From Vulcanimicrobiota bacterium (lineage in GTDB: Bacteria > Vulcanimicrobiota > Vulcanimicrobiia > Vulcanimicrobiales > Vulcanimicrobiaceae), in assembly GCA_963714015.1 (NCBI GenBank), contig OY970223.1, forward strand, positions 2,144,001-2,208,000: a stretch of 64,000 nucleotides of DNA, read 5' to 3'. How positions within the stretch are numbered: the stretch's first letter is position 1; every line of letters starts with the position of its first letter. The position numbers were made by a program, and so were the translations under genes. Shown one piece after another: positions 52,416 to 61,831 of the stretch. The notes beneath the pieces were generated by a model. It was not told the origin of the DNA, searched no databases, and saw nothing but the letters and a program-made list of their open reading frames with translations.

Positions 52416-54016
52416 TGAAAATAGAGGCGCTTGCCGCGGCGAGTTGCCTCGCGCTCGCTGCGTGTTCGCAAAACCGATCTCATGCAGAGATCCGCATAGC
52501 GCAGCAATGGGAACCTCAATCGCTCAATCCCGCGCTCGAAAACGGCACGTCGGCAGCAGAATGGGGACAGCTGCTGTTTTCGTACCTGGTGAATTACGAC
52601 GGGAAAGGACGCCTGATCGGCGATGCGGCGTTACAAGTGCCCACGCCGCAGAACGGCGGCATCAGCCGGGATGGTCTGACGATAACGTATCGTCTGCGCC
52701 CCGGAATTCGGTTCGCCGATGGTTCGCGCCTTACCGCACAGGATTGTGTCTGGTCGATCCGCGCGATCCAAAACCCGCGCAATCTGATTCAAAGCCGGTT
52801 CGCCTATGATGACGTGGCCGGCGCCGATGCTCCGAACGATCGGACGCTGGTGCTTCACCTGAAAAAGCGCTTTCCGCCGGTGATAACGGTCGTTTTGGCC
52901 CCGCAAGGTTTTCCGATTCTGCCCGCCCACTTGCTCGGCGCGTACCCCGATTTTAACCGCATTCCGTTTGATTCCAAGCCCGTCGGCTCGGGCCCATACC
53001 TGGTCGAGCAATGGTCGCGCGGCGATAGCGTACTGCTTCGGCCGAATCCGTATTACTTCAAAGGCATAGCGCGTCTGGGGCCGCTGCGGATATCCTTCGT
53101 TCCCAATCCGCAGACGGAATTAGACGAGTTGCAGACCCGGGAAATCGACGGTTTGGAGAACGATCAGGACGTCTCCAACTTCGGGTTCCTACGCAAGATT
53201 CCGGGGTATCGCGTTACCGCTACGCCGGAGCACGCCGTCGGTTCGGTGATATTCAATACGCGCGATCCGCTCACTTCCGATCCGCGTGTGCGGCACGCGC
53301 TCGCTGAAGCGATCGACATTCGCACCACGATTTCCAAAGCGTACCGCGGGGCGGTTTCCAGTGATGCTCCGGGCCGGGGACTGTTTCTATGGGCGTACGA
53401 TCCGAGAGCTTATCCGGAGATCCCGTACGATCCGCCGCACGCGCGTAAACTGCTCGATGCAGCCGGGTGGCATGCCGGTAAAGACGGCCTTCGCCGAAAA
53501 AACGGCGCGCAGCTGCGGGTCCTCTTGATCATCCAAGCCGGCACGCCGGTGGACGCAATCGTCGCCAATCTGATCGTGCAGTACGAGCGCGCGGTCGGTG
53601 CCGACGTAACGCTCAAAGAGTACAACATTACGCAATTCGTAGCTCCGGCGTCCGAAGGCGGACCGGTGTACTCCGGTAAGTTTCAACTCGCCTATTATGA
53701 TTTCGAGAACGGCGACGATCCGGATACGACCGACCAATTTGCTTGCCGTAACGTGCCGCCGGACGGTTACAATAAGTCGCGCCTCTGCGACCCCCGCGTG
53801 GATGCATTACTTCAAGCGGGTCTGCAAACGTACGATCCTTCCAAGCGAAAAGCGATCTACTCGCGACTCGAGTCTATCCTCTACCAGGATCTGCCCATCG
53901 CGCTCATGTTTCAGCGCCGCCAGATCAACGCATTCGCCGATCGCATCGCCGGCGTCGACGTTTCGCCCTGGGGACCGTTCTGGAACGTCGAGAAATGGCG
54001 GATGAGGCCCAAATGA
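52415..54016 (+). CDS. ABC transporter peptide-binding lipoprotein (family 5)
   Basis: Lipobox LAAC; YRLRPGIRFADG, PVGSGPY, RVRHALAEAID. Confidence 0.93.
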   Translation: MKIEALAAASCLALAACSQNRSHAEIRIAQQWEPQSLNPALENGTSAAEWGQLLFSYLVNYDGKGRLIGDAALQVPTPQNGGISRDGLTITYRLRPGIRFADGSRLTAQDCVWSIRAIQNPRNLIQSRFAYDDVAGADAPNDRTLVLHLKKRFPPVITVVLAPQGFPILPAHLLGAYPDFNRIPFDSKPVGSGPYLVEQWSRGDSVLLRPNPYYFKGIARLGPLRISFVPNPQTELDELQTREIDGLENDQDVSNFGFLRKIPGYRVTATPEHAVGSVIFNTRDPLTSDPRVRHALAEAIDIRTTISKAYRGAVSSDAPGRGLFLWAYDPRAYPEIPYDPPHARKLLDAAGWHAGKDGLRRKNGAQLRVLLIIQAGTPVDAIVANLIVQYERAVGADVTLKEYNITQFVAPASEGGPVYSGKFQLAYYDFENGDDPDTTDQFACRNVPPDGYNKSRLCDPRVDALLQAGLQTYDPSKRKAIYSRLESILYQDLPIALMFQRRQINAFADRIAGVDVSPWGPFWNVEKWRMRPK

Positions 54017-54987
54017 CGCTCTTGCTGGGCGAACCATGGGTCGAAGTCACGCGTAACGGCATCGTGGAGTCCGTACACTGCGTTGCCGCTTGCGCTGTGG
54101 ATGCACAAGGCGCCGCAATCCTCGAAATCGGACGTCTCGACGTTCCATTCTATCTTCGATCCGCCGCAAAACCGTTCATCGCTTCAGCCATCGTCGCTGC
54201 CGGCGTCCCGGAACTCTTCGGCCTGGAGGAGCACGAGATTGCGGTGATCACCGCCTCGCACAGCGCGCAGACGTTTCATTTGGCCGCCGTCCGTTCGATT
54301 TTAGCGAAGATCGGTATGGATGAAGGCGCTTTGCAGTGCGGTTCCGAGGGACCCGGCTATCCGCCCGATCCGATCTACAACAACTGCTCCGGAAAGCACG
54401 CGGGAATACTCGCGCTTTGCGCCGCGATCGGAAGCGATCCCGCAACATACCTGGATCCGCGCAATGCAGCGCAGCAGCTGATTTTGGAAGTCTGCGCCGG
54501 CATGTCTGAGGTGCGCCGCGAAGAGCTCCACGTCGGAGTAGACGGCTGCGGCATCCCGGTGTATGCAACGACGCTGCGTCAGGCTGCCGTGTCGTATATG
54601 CGCCTTGCGGTCGGGCACGGATTGAATTCGCGGCATTCGGCGGCGCTGAAACGAGTGACTTCTGCGATGATCCGCTATCCCGAATATATGTCCGGAACCG
54701 GCGAGTTCGACGCCGCGCTCATCGAGGCCGGAGAAGGCATGCTGATTTGCAAAGGCGGCGCCGAAGGCGTGCACGGCGTCGCGCTGCTGGATCGCGGCGC
54801 CGGTTTCGTGTTGAAGGTCGCGGACGGCAACGCTCGGGCGCGTTCGCCCGGCGTCATCGCGGCGCTGCAACGGTTGCAAGTTCTCTCGCAGCGGCAGCTC
54901 GAACTGTTGCATGCGTTCGCCCGGCCCGAACTTCACAATAAGGCGGGGCGCCGAATCGGCGAGATCCGAGGAGTATCGAAATCATGA
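54013..54987 (+). CDS. Rhizobium-type (class 3) L-asparaginase family protein
   Basis: RSAAKP, ASHS, NNCSGKH, DGCG, KGGAEG, KVADG. Confidence 0.9.
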   Translation: MTLLLGEPWVEVTRNGIVESVHCVAACAVDAQGAAILEIGRLDVPFYLRSAAKPFIASAIVAAGVPELFGLEEHEIAVITASHSAQTFHLAAVRSILAKIGMDEGALQCGSEGPGYPPDPIYNNCSGKHAGILALCAAIGSDPATYLDPRNAAQQLILEVCAGMSEVRREELHVGVDGCGIPVYATTLRQAAVSYMRLAVGHGLNSRHSAALKRVTSAMIRYPEYMSGTGEFDAALIEAGEGMLICKGGAEGVHGVALLDRGAGFVLKVADGNARARSPGVIAALQRLQVLSQRQLELLHAFARPELHNKAGRRIGEIRGVSKS

Positions 54988-55991
54988 TTGCACCGATGCA
55001 GGCGGCGGATTGCGCGCTGCACGTCTATCCGGCCGCCGGAACCGTTGCGCCGCATCGCGCGCTGCACGGCCCCGGTTTGTTTCTGGACGGCGGCGGAAAG
55101 GACGTGGACGCAGGCTGGCGCTGGATCCACGACACGCTGGTTGGACGCCGGGTTCGGGGCGGAAACGTGGTGATTCTGCGCGCGTCCGGCGACAACGACT
55201 ATGATGCTTGGGCGCTCACCGTGGCGCCGTTTGCGTCGGTGCGAACGATTCTCATCCGGCCGTGCGCAAGCGCCGCACAAGTAAATAGGGCGGTTCCTTA
55301 CGTGCGCGCGGCTGATGCGGTATTTTTTGCCGGCGGAGATCAGGCGAATTACGTGGCTTGGAAGGACACCGCCTTACCGGCAGCGGTTCGCGGTGTTTAT
55401 TTGCGAGGAGGGGTCGTCGGCGGAACGAGCGCGGGCCTTGCCATTCAAGGGGCGAAAATCTACGATTCCGTCGCCGCGGATCGCGTGCTCGCCGACGGCG
55501 AGCTCCAAACGTCGCAAGCGGTTCGCGATCCATACACGTCCGCGATGAGTTTTACGAACGATCTCTTCCATTGGCCGGCGTTGCGGGAGACGATAACCGA
55601 TACGCATTTCGCGCGTCGCGACCGCTTCGGACGGCTAGCCGCGTTTCTGTCGCGGACGGGTATGCGCTACGGACTTGCGATCGACGAAGGAAGCGCGCTC
55701 GAAGTCGACCGTAATGGAATCGCAACCTTGGTCATCGGACCCGATCGGGGCTACTCGACCAGAGGCGCATTCATCTTAACGCCTCTGTCGGCGCGTGCGC
55801 TCCCACGCACGCCGCTTAGAGAAGTATTGCGCGTGACGCATTTGAACGTGTGCGGCGAGCGGTACGATTTGACTCGGCACCGAGGCGCGGGCGCTGTGTA
55901 TACCGTCCGCGTGGAGGGAGCGCTCACGCCGCCTTACGTTCCGCGCGATCCCTACGGCGCTCGGGCATCTTGTGAAGCCTCCCAAAGCTGA
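54984..55991 (+). CDS. Cyanophycinase-like S51 peptidase
   Basis: GGG, FFAGGDQ, GGTSAG nucleophile, DTHFARRDRFGRL, IDE. Confidence 0.88.
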   Translation: MIAPMQAADCALHVYPAAGTVAPHRALHGPGLFLDGGGKDVDAGWRWIHDTLVGRRVRGGNVVILRASGDNDYDAWALTVAPFASVRTILIRPCASAAQVNRAVPYVRAADAVFFAGGDQANYVAWKDTALPAAVRGVYLRGGVVGGTSAGLAIQGAKIYDSVAADRVLADGELQTSQAVRDPYTSAMSFTNDLFHWPALRETITDTHFARRDRFGRLAAFLSRTGMRYGLAIDEGSALEVDRNGIATLVIGPDRGYSTRGAFILTPLSARALPRTPLREVLRVTHLNVCGERYDLTRHRGAGAVYTVRVEGALTPPYVPRDPYGARASCEASQS

Positions 55992-56133
55992 GAGGCCGTT
56001 GTAAGATAAAAACCTTCTTATTCGTGGATGCCGCGATGGATGCCGCCACGGCAAGACAGACTGCGATGTGACAGGGACTTTTGTCGGTTGCGTGGCATAC
56101 ACCACGACGCGAACGCGGACCCTCATTCAAGAC

Positions 56134-56565
56134 ATGACCAAAGAGCAACTGTACTCGGAATATGCCGGATATCATCAAGATATGCGGAATCGGCGTGCTC
56201 ACGCCGTGGGGATCCCGCTCATCGTCGTAGGACTCTTGGGCGTTCTGCACTTGGTGCGGATCGGTCCGGTAGATTTGGCCGCTGCGGCGGCCGTCGCGGT
56301 CCTGCTCTATTACGTCGCGATCGACGCGCGCGGCGCTCTCGTTTCAGCGGTTGCTTTCGCAGTTCTGTACTGTATCGCCGTCCGTTTGACTTGGGAAGCA
56401 AATGTTGGGGCTTTTATTCTCGGATGGGGCTTCCAACTCGTCGGTCACCGCCTCGAGGGCAATCGGCCCAAGTTCGTGGAGAACGTGGTCTATTTGCTCA
56501 TCGGCCCCCTCTACTTTTTTCAAGAACTTTTCGGTTCGTTAAGCAAGGCGAGGCGGCCAACTTGA
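56134..56565 (+). CDS. DUF962/Mpo1-like membrane protein
   Basis: YH....NRRAHAVGIP, QLVGHRLEGNRP. Confidence 0.85.
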   Translation: MTKEQLYSEYAGYHQDMRNRRAHAVGIPLIVVGLLGVLHLVRIGPVDLAAAAAVAVLLYYVAIDARGALVSAVAFAVLYCIAVRLTWEANVGAFILGWGFQLVGHRLEGNRPKFVENVVYLLIGPLYFFQELFGSLSKARRPT

Positions 56566-56594
56566 TTGCATTTACGTAAACCGCGTGGTAGGAT
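56566..56594 (+). promoter_or_regulatory. Sigma70 promoter with an extended -10
   Basis: TTGCAT-N17-TAGGAT with TG directly upstream of the -10 (TGn). Confidence 0.7.
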
Positions 56595-56700
56595 TGCCGG
56601 GTAAAATCTGGTTTCGAAGTCCCCTCAGTGTCCTCTCTCAACGGTACCTAGGCGAGTCGAATCAGGCCCAAACAAACCACGTTATAAGGAGTCTCGTTTA

Positions 56701-57015
56701 GTGTACGTTGATGAAATGTTGAACTGCGTCGATTGTGGACGCCAGTTCGCGTTCACGGCCGGAGAACAGCAGTTCTACGCCAGCAAGGGCTTTCAAAACA
56801 AGCCGAATCGTTGCCCCGATTGCCGGCAGGCGCGCAAGCAAATGCGCTCGCAGTCCGGCGGGGGCGGCGGTATGGGCGGCGGCGGACAGCGTCGTGAAAT
56901 GTACCAGGCAACATGCAGCCAATGCGGCGGCATTGCAGAGGTGCCGTTCCAGCCGCGCGGCGACAAGCCGGTGTATTGCCGCGACTGCTTCCAGTCCAAA
57001 CCCAGCTACCGCTAG
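56701..57015 (+). CDS. Double zinc-ribbon (CxxC-x17-CxxC) protein
   Basis: CVDC..FTAGEQQFY..RCPDC, Gly-rich linker, CSQC..VPFQP..PVYCRDC; TAAGGAG RBS. Confidence 0.93.
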   Translation: MYVDEMLNCVDCGRQFAFTAGEQQFYASKGFQNKPNRCPDCRQARKQMRSQSGGGGGMGGGGQRREMYQATCSQCGGIAEVPFQPRGDKPVYCRDCFQSKPSYR

Positions 57016-57036
57016 TACTGGGAATTACGCAGAAAT

Positions 57037-57064
57037 GAGCTCGCCGCACCGGCGGGCTCTTTTT
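57037..57064 (+). terminator. Rho-independent terminator
   Basis: GAGCTCGCC-GCACC-GGCGGGCTC followed by TTTTT. Confidence 0.8.
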
Positions 57065-57130
57065 GCTTTTCAGAATCTTTTCAGAGCTTCTGCCTAGCCT
57101 GAGGACTCCACATTCTCTGAGGAGACCTCG

Positions 57131-58286
57131 ATGCGAGCAACCATGGTGCCCATTGCAGCCGCAGCGGTTATTGCACTGGCGGCCTGCTCTTCACCCGGCG
57201 GTCCAAGTGCGACCGCTCCGATAGTTCCGCAGTCCATCGCCGGACGAGGCGTCCAGGCGCCTCAAACCAGCGACTCGTCGGTTCTGCAAAATTTGCACGA
57301 GCAGACTGTCGGTTCGGTCGCCGATCCGGTCACCGGCGACGTAAATCCGTACGGACTGGCGGTTGCGCCCATAACCAACGGAAAGATCGACGCCGGCGAT
57401 CTCGTCGTCTGCGATTTCAACGACAAGCAAAACGTTCAAGGCACCGGTACGGCGATCGTGTCGATCGGTCCGGCCATCGGTTCGAAGCCTCGCCATATCG
57501 TCGATGCGAAAGTCTTGGAAGGTTGCGACGCAATTGCGCTTGCTCCCGACGATACGATCTGGCCCGCGGACTTTGTCGCGAACAACGCGCCTATCGTCAC
57601 GCCCGGTGGAAAGATTCTCACGACGGAGAGCAATGGACCATGGCACGGCCCTTGGGGCGAAGCGTTCGTTCCGCCGCTGAGCGAGAAGAACGTCCCGGCG
57701 TTTTACGTGAGCAATGCGGGCGACGGAAGCCTGGTTCGCATTGGGCTGGGGAACCAAGTAACGTTCACCGTCATCGCAACCGGCTTTCCCGTCAACGGCG
57801 GACAGCCCGGAAGCATTCTCGGGCCGTCGGGATTGAATTACGTCGCCTCGAGCGACCGCCTGTACGTGGTCGACGGAACGGATAACGCGCTGTATGCGAT
57901 CGACAACGTCTCGAGCGTCCATAAGAACGGCATCACGGTCGACGGACTGCAATTCAGCGGCCCGGATGCAAAAGATGCACACGTTATTTATGCGGGCAAG
58001 CCGCTGAACGGCCCGATTCAGCTCGGCGCTGCTGCCCGGTGGGCATATCGCTCTGGGCAACACGCTGGACCCGGCCGGCAAGAACCTCATCGTCGAGGTC
58101 ACGCCGGGCGGAAAGGTGGCCGACGTGCGAAATATCGATACAGGCGCATCGGGCGCAATCTTCGGAATGGCCGCAACGGGCGATTCGCCGGCCACGACCA
58201 AGCTGTACTTTAACGACGACAACGACAACACGCTTCGCGTGCTGACGCCGTGCCTGGTAACCAGCCCTCGCCAGGTTGCCTGCTGA
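57131..58286 (+). CDS. Secreted beta-propeller-like lipoprotein (frameshift near 58018)
   Basis: Lipobox LAAC; NPYGLA, GPWG and GPSGL repeats; continues in the +1 frame to TGA at 58286. Confidence 0.75.
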
Positions 58287-58319
58287 TCCGCCGCCCAACG
58301 GTATGCTACAGTACCCCGA

Positions 58320-58716
58320 GTGACCGCCGTTAGTTGGAACGTTAAATTGGACACTGCCGGGAACGCAGACTGATGTGCGCCGGCAGTTTGTCCGTTTTCT
58401 GCGGTCGAGCACGCGGAGCGACGGCCGCTTCTTCGATGCAGAGCTCGTCGTCGGAGAACTGTTGGCCAACGTGGCTCAACACGAGCCGGGCGAGGCCAGG
58501 ATGACCGTCGACGTGGCAGGTGACGAGGCGATCGTAACGCTCGAAGGTCCCGGTCCAAAGATTGACGACCCCTCGCAACTTCCGGATGGACTCTGTGAAG
58601 GCGGGCGCGGCCTATTTCTGATTCAGACGCTCTCGCGCGACTATTATCGCCGGCGCACCGCCGGAGGCATCCACACGACGGTGGTGCTCGGGCTGCGTCG
58701 CCGGCGCACGGTCTAG
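58320..58716 (+). CDS. HATPase_c (RsbW-like anti-sigma/ATP-binding) protein (frameshift near 58369)
   Basis: ELVVGELLANV..H and EGGRGLFLI; an upstream GTG at 58320 joins if one base is removed. Confidence 0.75.
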
Positions 58717-58771
58717 TCTTCCGCCACGGCCCGGCCGGGAGTCCGGCGCTTGTACTTCGTATACGGCGTGC

Positions 58772-60367
58772 ATGACGACCACCTACGATGCGATCATCAT
58801 CGGCGGCGGCCATAACGGTTTGGTTGCGGCCTGCTATTTGGCTCGCGCGAAGCGGCGAGTGCTCGTACTGGAACGCCGCTACATCGTCGGCGGCGCCTGC
58901 GTTACCGAAGAACGGACGTTTCCGGGATTCAAAATCTCTACGGCCGCGTACGTGAATAGTCTTTTCCGGCCGGAGATCGTTCGCGATCTCAACCTGACTG
59001 CGTACGGGTTCGAACTGCTCGAGCGCGATCCGGCGTCGTTTTCGCCGTTTCCGGACGGACGGTACTTGATGCTCGGAGGCGATGAGCACTTTAACCTCTC
59101 GGAGATATCCAAGTTCAGCCGCAAAGACGCAGAGCGCTATCCGCAGTACGAACAGATGCTGCTGCGCGTGGCGTCCGTGATAGAACCGACGCTTACGAAG
59201 CGGCCGCCGAACGTGCTCAGTCCTTCGGTGCCGGATTTGCTGCAAATGGGAATGCTCGGCCTCGACATGCGCAAGCTCGGCCCGTCCATGGGAGAAGCGG
59301 TGGAGATCCTCACCGGTGCGGCACGGCCGATTTTGGATCGTTGGTTCGAATCGGAGCAGCTCAAGGCCACGCTTGGAACGGATGCAATCATCGGAGCGTT
59401 TGCGGCCCCGTCCATGCCTGGTACCGCGTATGTCTTGTTCCATCACGTGATGGGCGAGACGAACGGCAAACGCGGGGTCTGGGCCTACGTGAAGGGCGGT
59501 ATGGGCAGCCTCACACAAGCGCTGGCACAAGCCGCGGGCGATCTCGGCGTAGAGATCAAAACCGAGGCTGAGGTGGCGCGCATTCTAACCAAAGATGGTG
59601 CGGTGACCGGCGTGGCGCTGAGCAACGGCGACGAATTCAGGGCAACGACCATCGCCAGCAGTGCGGATTGCAACGTGACGTTCAATAAATTATTGAACGG
59701 CGCGCGAAGCGAGCTTCCGAGCGGGTTCATGGACGCCGTCAACAGCATCAGCTACGAGAGCGCTTCGGCGAAGATCAACGTCGCTTTGGAACGTCTGCCG
59801 AGCTTCGCAGCGCTGCCCGGTCACGAGCCGGGTCCTCAACATCACGGAACGGTGCATCTCTGTCCGGATCAAGACTTCATCGAGCGCGCCTATGACGACG
59901 CCAAGTACGGTGTGCCTTCACGCAGTCCGGTCGTTGAATGCACGATGCCTTCGTCGGTCGATCCGACCGTTGCGCCGCCCGGAAAGCACGTGATGTCGAT
60001 GTTCGTCCAGTACGCGCCCTACAAGCTGAAAGACGGCGAGTGGACGAGTGAAGCGAAGAACGCCTTTGCGGACAGCTGCTTCGATATCGTGGAAGAGTAC
60101 GCGCCCGGATTCAAAGAATCGGTGATCGATCGCCAGATTCTTACGCCGGTCGACCTGGAGGAGACGTTCAACCTCACGGGCGGCAACATCTTCCAAGGCG
60201 CGATGAACCTGGACAAGCTCTTCATGTTCCGGCCTGCGCCGGGATATGCCGGATACAAGATGCCGATCAAAGGTCTGTACCTTTGCGGCGCGGCAGCGCA
60301 CCCCGGCGGCGGCGTAATGGGTTCGCCCGGCTGGAACGCGGCGCGAGAAATTCTTCGCAACAAGTAA
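58772..60367 (+). CDS. Phytoene dehydrogenase-like FAD oxidoreductase (PYROXD2-like)
   Basis: IGGGHNGL, VGGACVTEE, GGMGSL, GGNIFQG, HPGGGVMG. Confidence 0.92.
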   Translation: MTTTYDAIIIGGGHNGLVAACYLARAKRRVLVLERRYIVGGACVTEERTFPGFKISTAAYVNSLFRPEIVRDLNLTAYGFELLERDPASFSPFPDGRYLMLGGDEHFNLSEISKFSRKDAERYPQYEQMLLRVASVIEPTLTKRPPNVLSPSVPDLLQMGMLGLDMRKLGPSMGEAVEILTGAARPILDRWFESEQLKATLGTDAIIGAFAAPSMPGTAYVLFHHVMGETNGKRGVWAYVKGGMGSLTQALAQAAGDLGVEIKTEAEVARILTKDGAVTGVALSNGDEFRATTIASSADCNVTFNKLLNGARSELPSGFMDAVNSISYESASAKINVALERLPSFAALPGHEPGPQHHGTVHLCPDQDFIERAYDDAKYGVPSRSPVVECTMPSSVDPTVAPPGKHVMSMFVQYAPYKLKDGEWTSEAKNAFADSCFDIVEEYAPGFKESVIDRQILTPVDLEETFNLTGGNIFQGAMNLDKLFMFRPAPGYAGYKMPIKGLYLCGAAAHPGGGVMGSPGWNAAREILRNK

Positions 60368-60389
60368 TGCCAATGAAACAGAAAGAACA

Positions 60390-61055
60390 ATGACGACCAC
60401 GAGATCGTTCTATCTGCCGGAAAACGTCGAGCAGTACATCTTGACCACGACGTTGCGCGATGATGCGGTGCTGCGGGATTTGCGCGAGGAAACGGCGCGA
60501 ATGCCTCAAGCGGGAATGCAAACGGGCGCAGATCAGGTGCAGTTCCTGCAGCTGCTGGTGCGGCTTATCGCCGCCAAGCGCTGCATCGAAGTCGGCGTAT
60601 TTACGGGGTATAGCGCGCTGGGTGTGGCGCTGGCGCTGCCCGCCGACGGGACGATTTTGGCATGCGACGTGAGCGAGGAGTTCACGTCGGTGGGGCGCCG
60701 CTACTGGGAACGTGCCGGAGTTGCGAGTAAGATCGATCTGCAGCTCGCGCCGGCCGCGCAGACGCTCGATCGCAAGATTGCCCAGGGCGAAGCGGGGACG
60801 TACGACTTCGCTTACATCGACGCCGACAAACCGTCGTACGATGCCTATTACGAACGCTGCCTGACGCTGATCCGTCCGAACGGCGTGATCGCCGTGGACA
60901 ACGTTCTGTGGAGCGGCGACGTCGCCGATCCGGCGGTATCGGACGAAAGCACGGCGGCGTTGCGCGCGATCAACACAAAGATCGGTCGCGACGAGCGAGT
61001 CGATGCTACGCTCTTGCCGCTGGGTGACGGACTGATGATCGTCCGCAAGCGGTGA
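60390..61055 (+). CDS. Caffeoyl-CoA-type SAM-dependent O-methyltransferase
   Basis: EVGVFTGYS, FAYIDADK, DNVLWSG. Confidence 0.93.
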   Translation: MTTTRSFYLPENVEQYILTTTLRDDAVLRDLREETARMPQAGMQTGADQVQFLQLLVRLIAAKRCIEVGVFTGYSALGVALALPADGTILACDVSEEFTSVGRRYWERAGVASKIDLQLAPAAQTLDRKIAQGEAGTYDFAYIDADKPSYDAYYERCLTLIRPNGVIAVDNVLWSGDVADPAVSDESTAALRAINTKIGRDERVDATLLPLGDGLMIVRKR

Positions 61056-61831
61056 AGATCGTTACCCTGAACTGCAACGGAATTCGATCCGCAGCGCGTA
61101 AGGGGTTCTACAGTTGGATGGAGGCGCAGGATGCAGACTTCATCTGTCTGCAGGAGACGAAGGCTCAGGAGCATCAGCTCCCGCTCGAAGCGGCGGCCGT
61201 TTCGCACTATACCGGCGTGTTTTTGGATGCCGAGAAGAAGGGCTACAGCGGCGTCGCCATCTATGCCAAACGCGAACCGCAAAACGTCGTTCGCGGCTTG
61301 GGCTGGCCGGAATACGACCGCGAGGCGCGATGGCTGCAGTTCGACTACGACGAATTCAGCATCGTTTCGCTTTACGTGCCGTCCGGCTCGATGGGCCCCG
61401 CGCGGCAGGCTGTAAAAGAAGCCTTTCTCGAAAAATTCTATCCGGAACTCGCGCGTTTGCGCGCGAGCGGGCGCACCTTCATCATCTGCGGCGACTTCAA
61501 TATTGCGCATAAGGAGATCGACGTTTACAACCCTATCCGGTGCAGCAAAATCTCCGGATTCTTTCCTCACGAGCGCGCCTGGATGGATCGCGTCATAACC
61601 GAACTGGGCTGGGTCGACGGCTTTCGCTCGGCCAACCCAGAGCCCAAACAGTTCAGTTGGTGGTCGAATTTTCAGAACGCGTTCGCGCGCAACAACGGCT
61701 GGCGCATCGACTATCACCTCCTCACGCCGGACCTGGGGCCGTCAGTGAAATCGGCCTCTATCTATCGCGAGGCGCGCTTCTCCGATCATGCTCCGGTACT
61801 TCTGGAGTACGATCTGGACCTTGGAGCATGA
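61052..61831 (+). CDS. xth: Exodeoxyribonuclease III / AP endonuclease
   Basis: NCNGIRS, LQETK, GYSGVA, GDFNIAH, GWRIDY, SDHAP. Confidence 0.95.
   Translation: MKIVTLNCNGIRSAARKGFYSWMEAQDADFICLQETKAQEHQLPLEAAAVSHYTGVFLDAEKKGYSGVAIYAKREPQNVVRGLGWPEYDREARWLQFDYDEFSIVSLYVPSGSMGPARQAVKEAFLEKFYPELARLRASGRTFIICGDFNIAHKEIDVYNPIRCSKISGFFPHERAWMDRVITELGWVDGFRSANPEPKQFSWWSNFQNAFARNNGWRIDYHLLTPDLGPSVKSASIYREARFSDHAPVLLEYDLDLGA

Noticed and set aside
56035..56096. TGGATGCCGC direct repeat and a GCCACG..CGTGGC stem upstream of the DUF962 gene
   Set aside because: Only two copies and imperfect pairing, so support is insufficient.
57191..59530. 779-aa minus-strand ORF, and similar long antisense ORFs such as 22118..23872, 14968..16248, 40205..41476 and 46644..47903
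   Set aside because: These are shadow ORFs opposite well-supported genes in GC-rich DNA, with Arg-rich composition and no motifs.
58772..61055. Carotenoid biosynthesis cluster (crtI plus methyltransferase)
   Set aside because: The oxidoreductase is PYROXD2-like, no crtB or crtE is nearby, and the neighbours are housekeeping genes.
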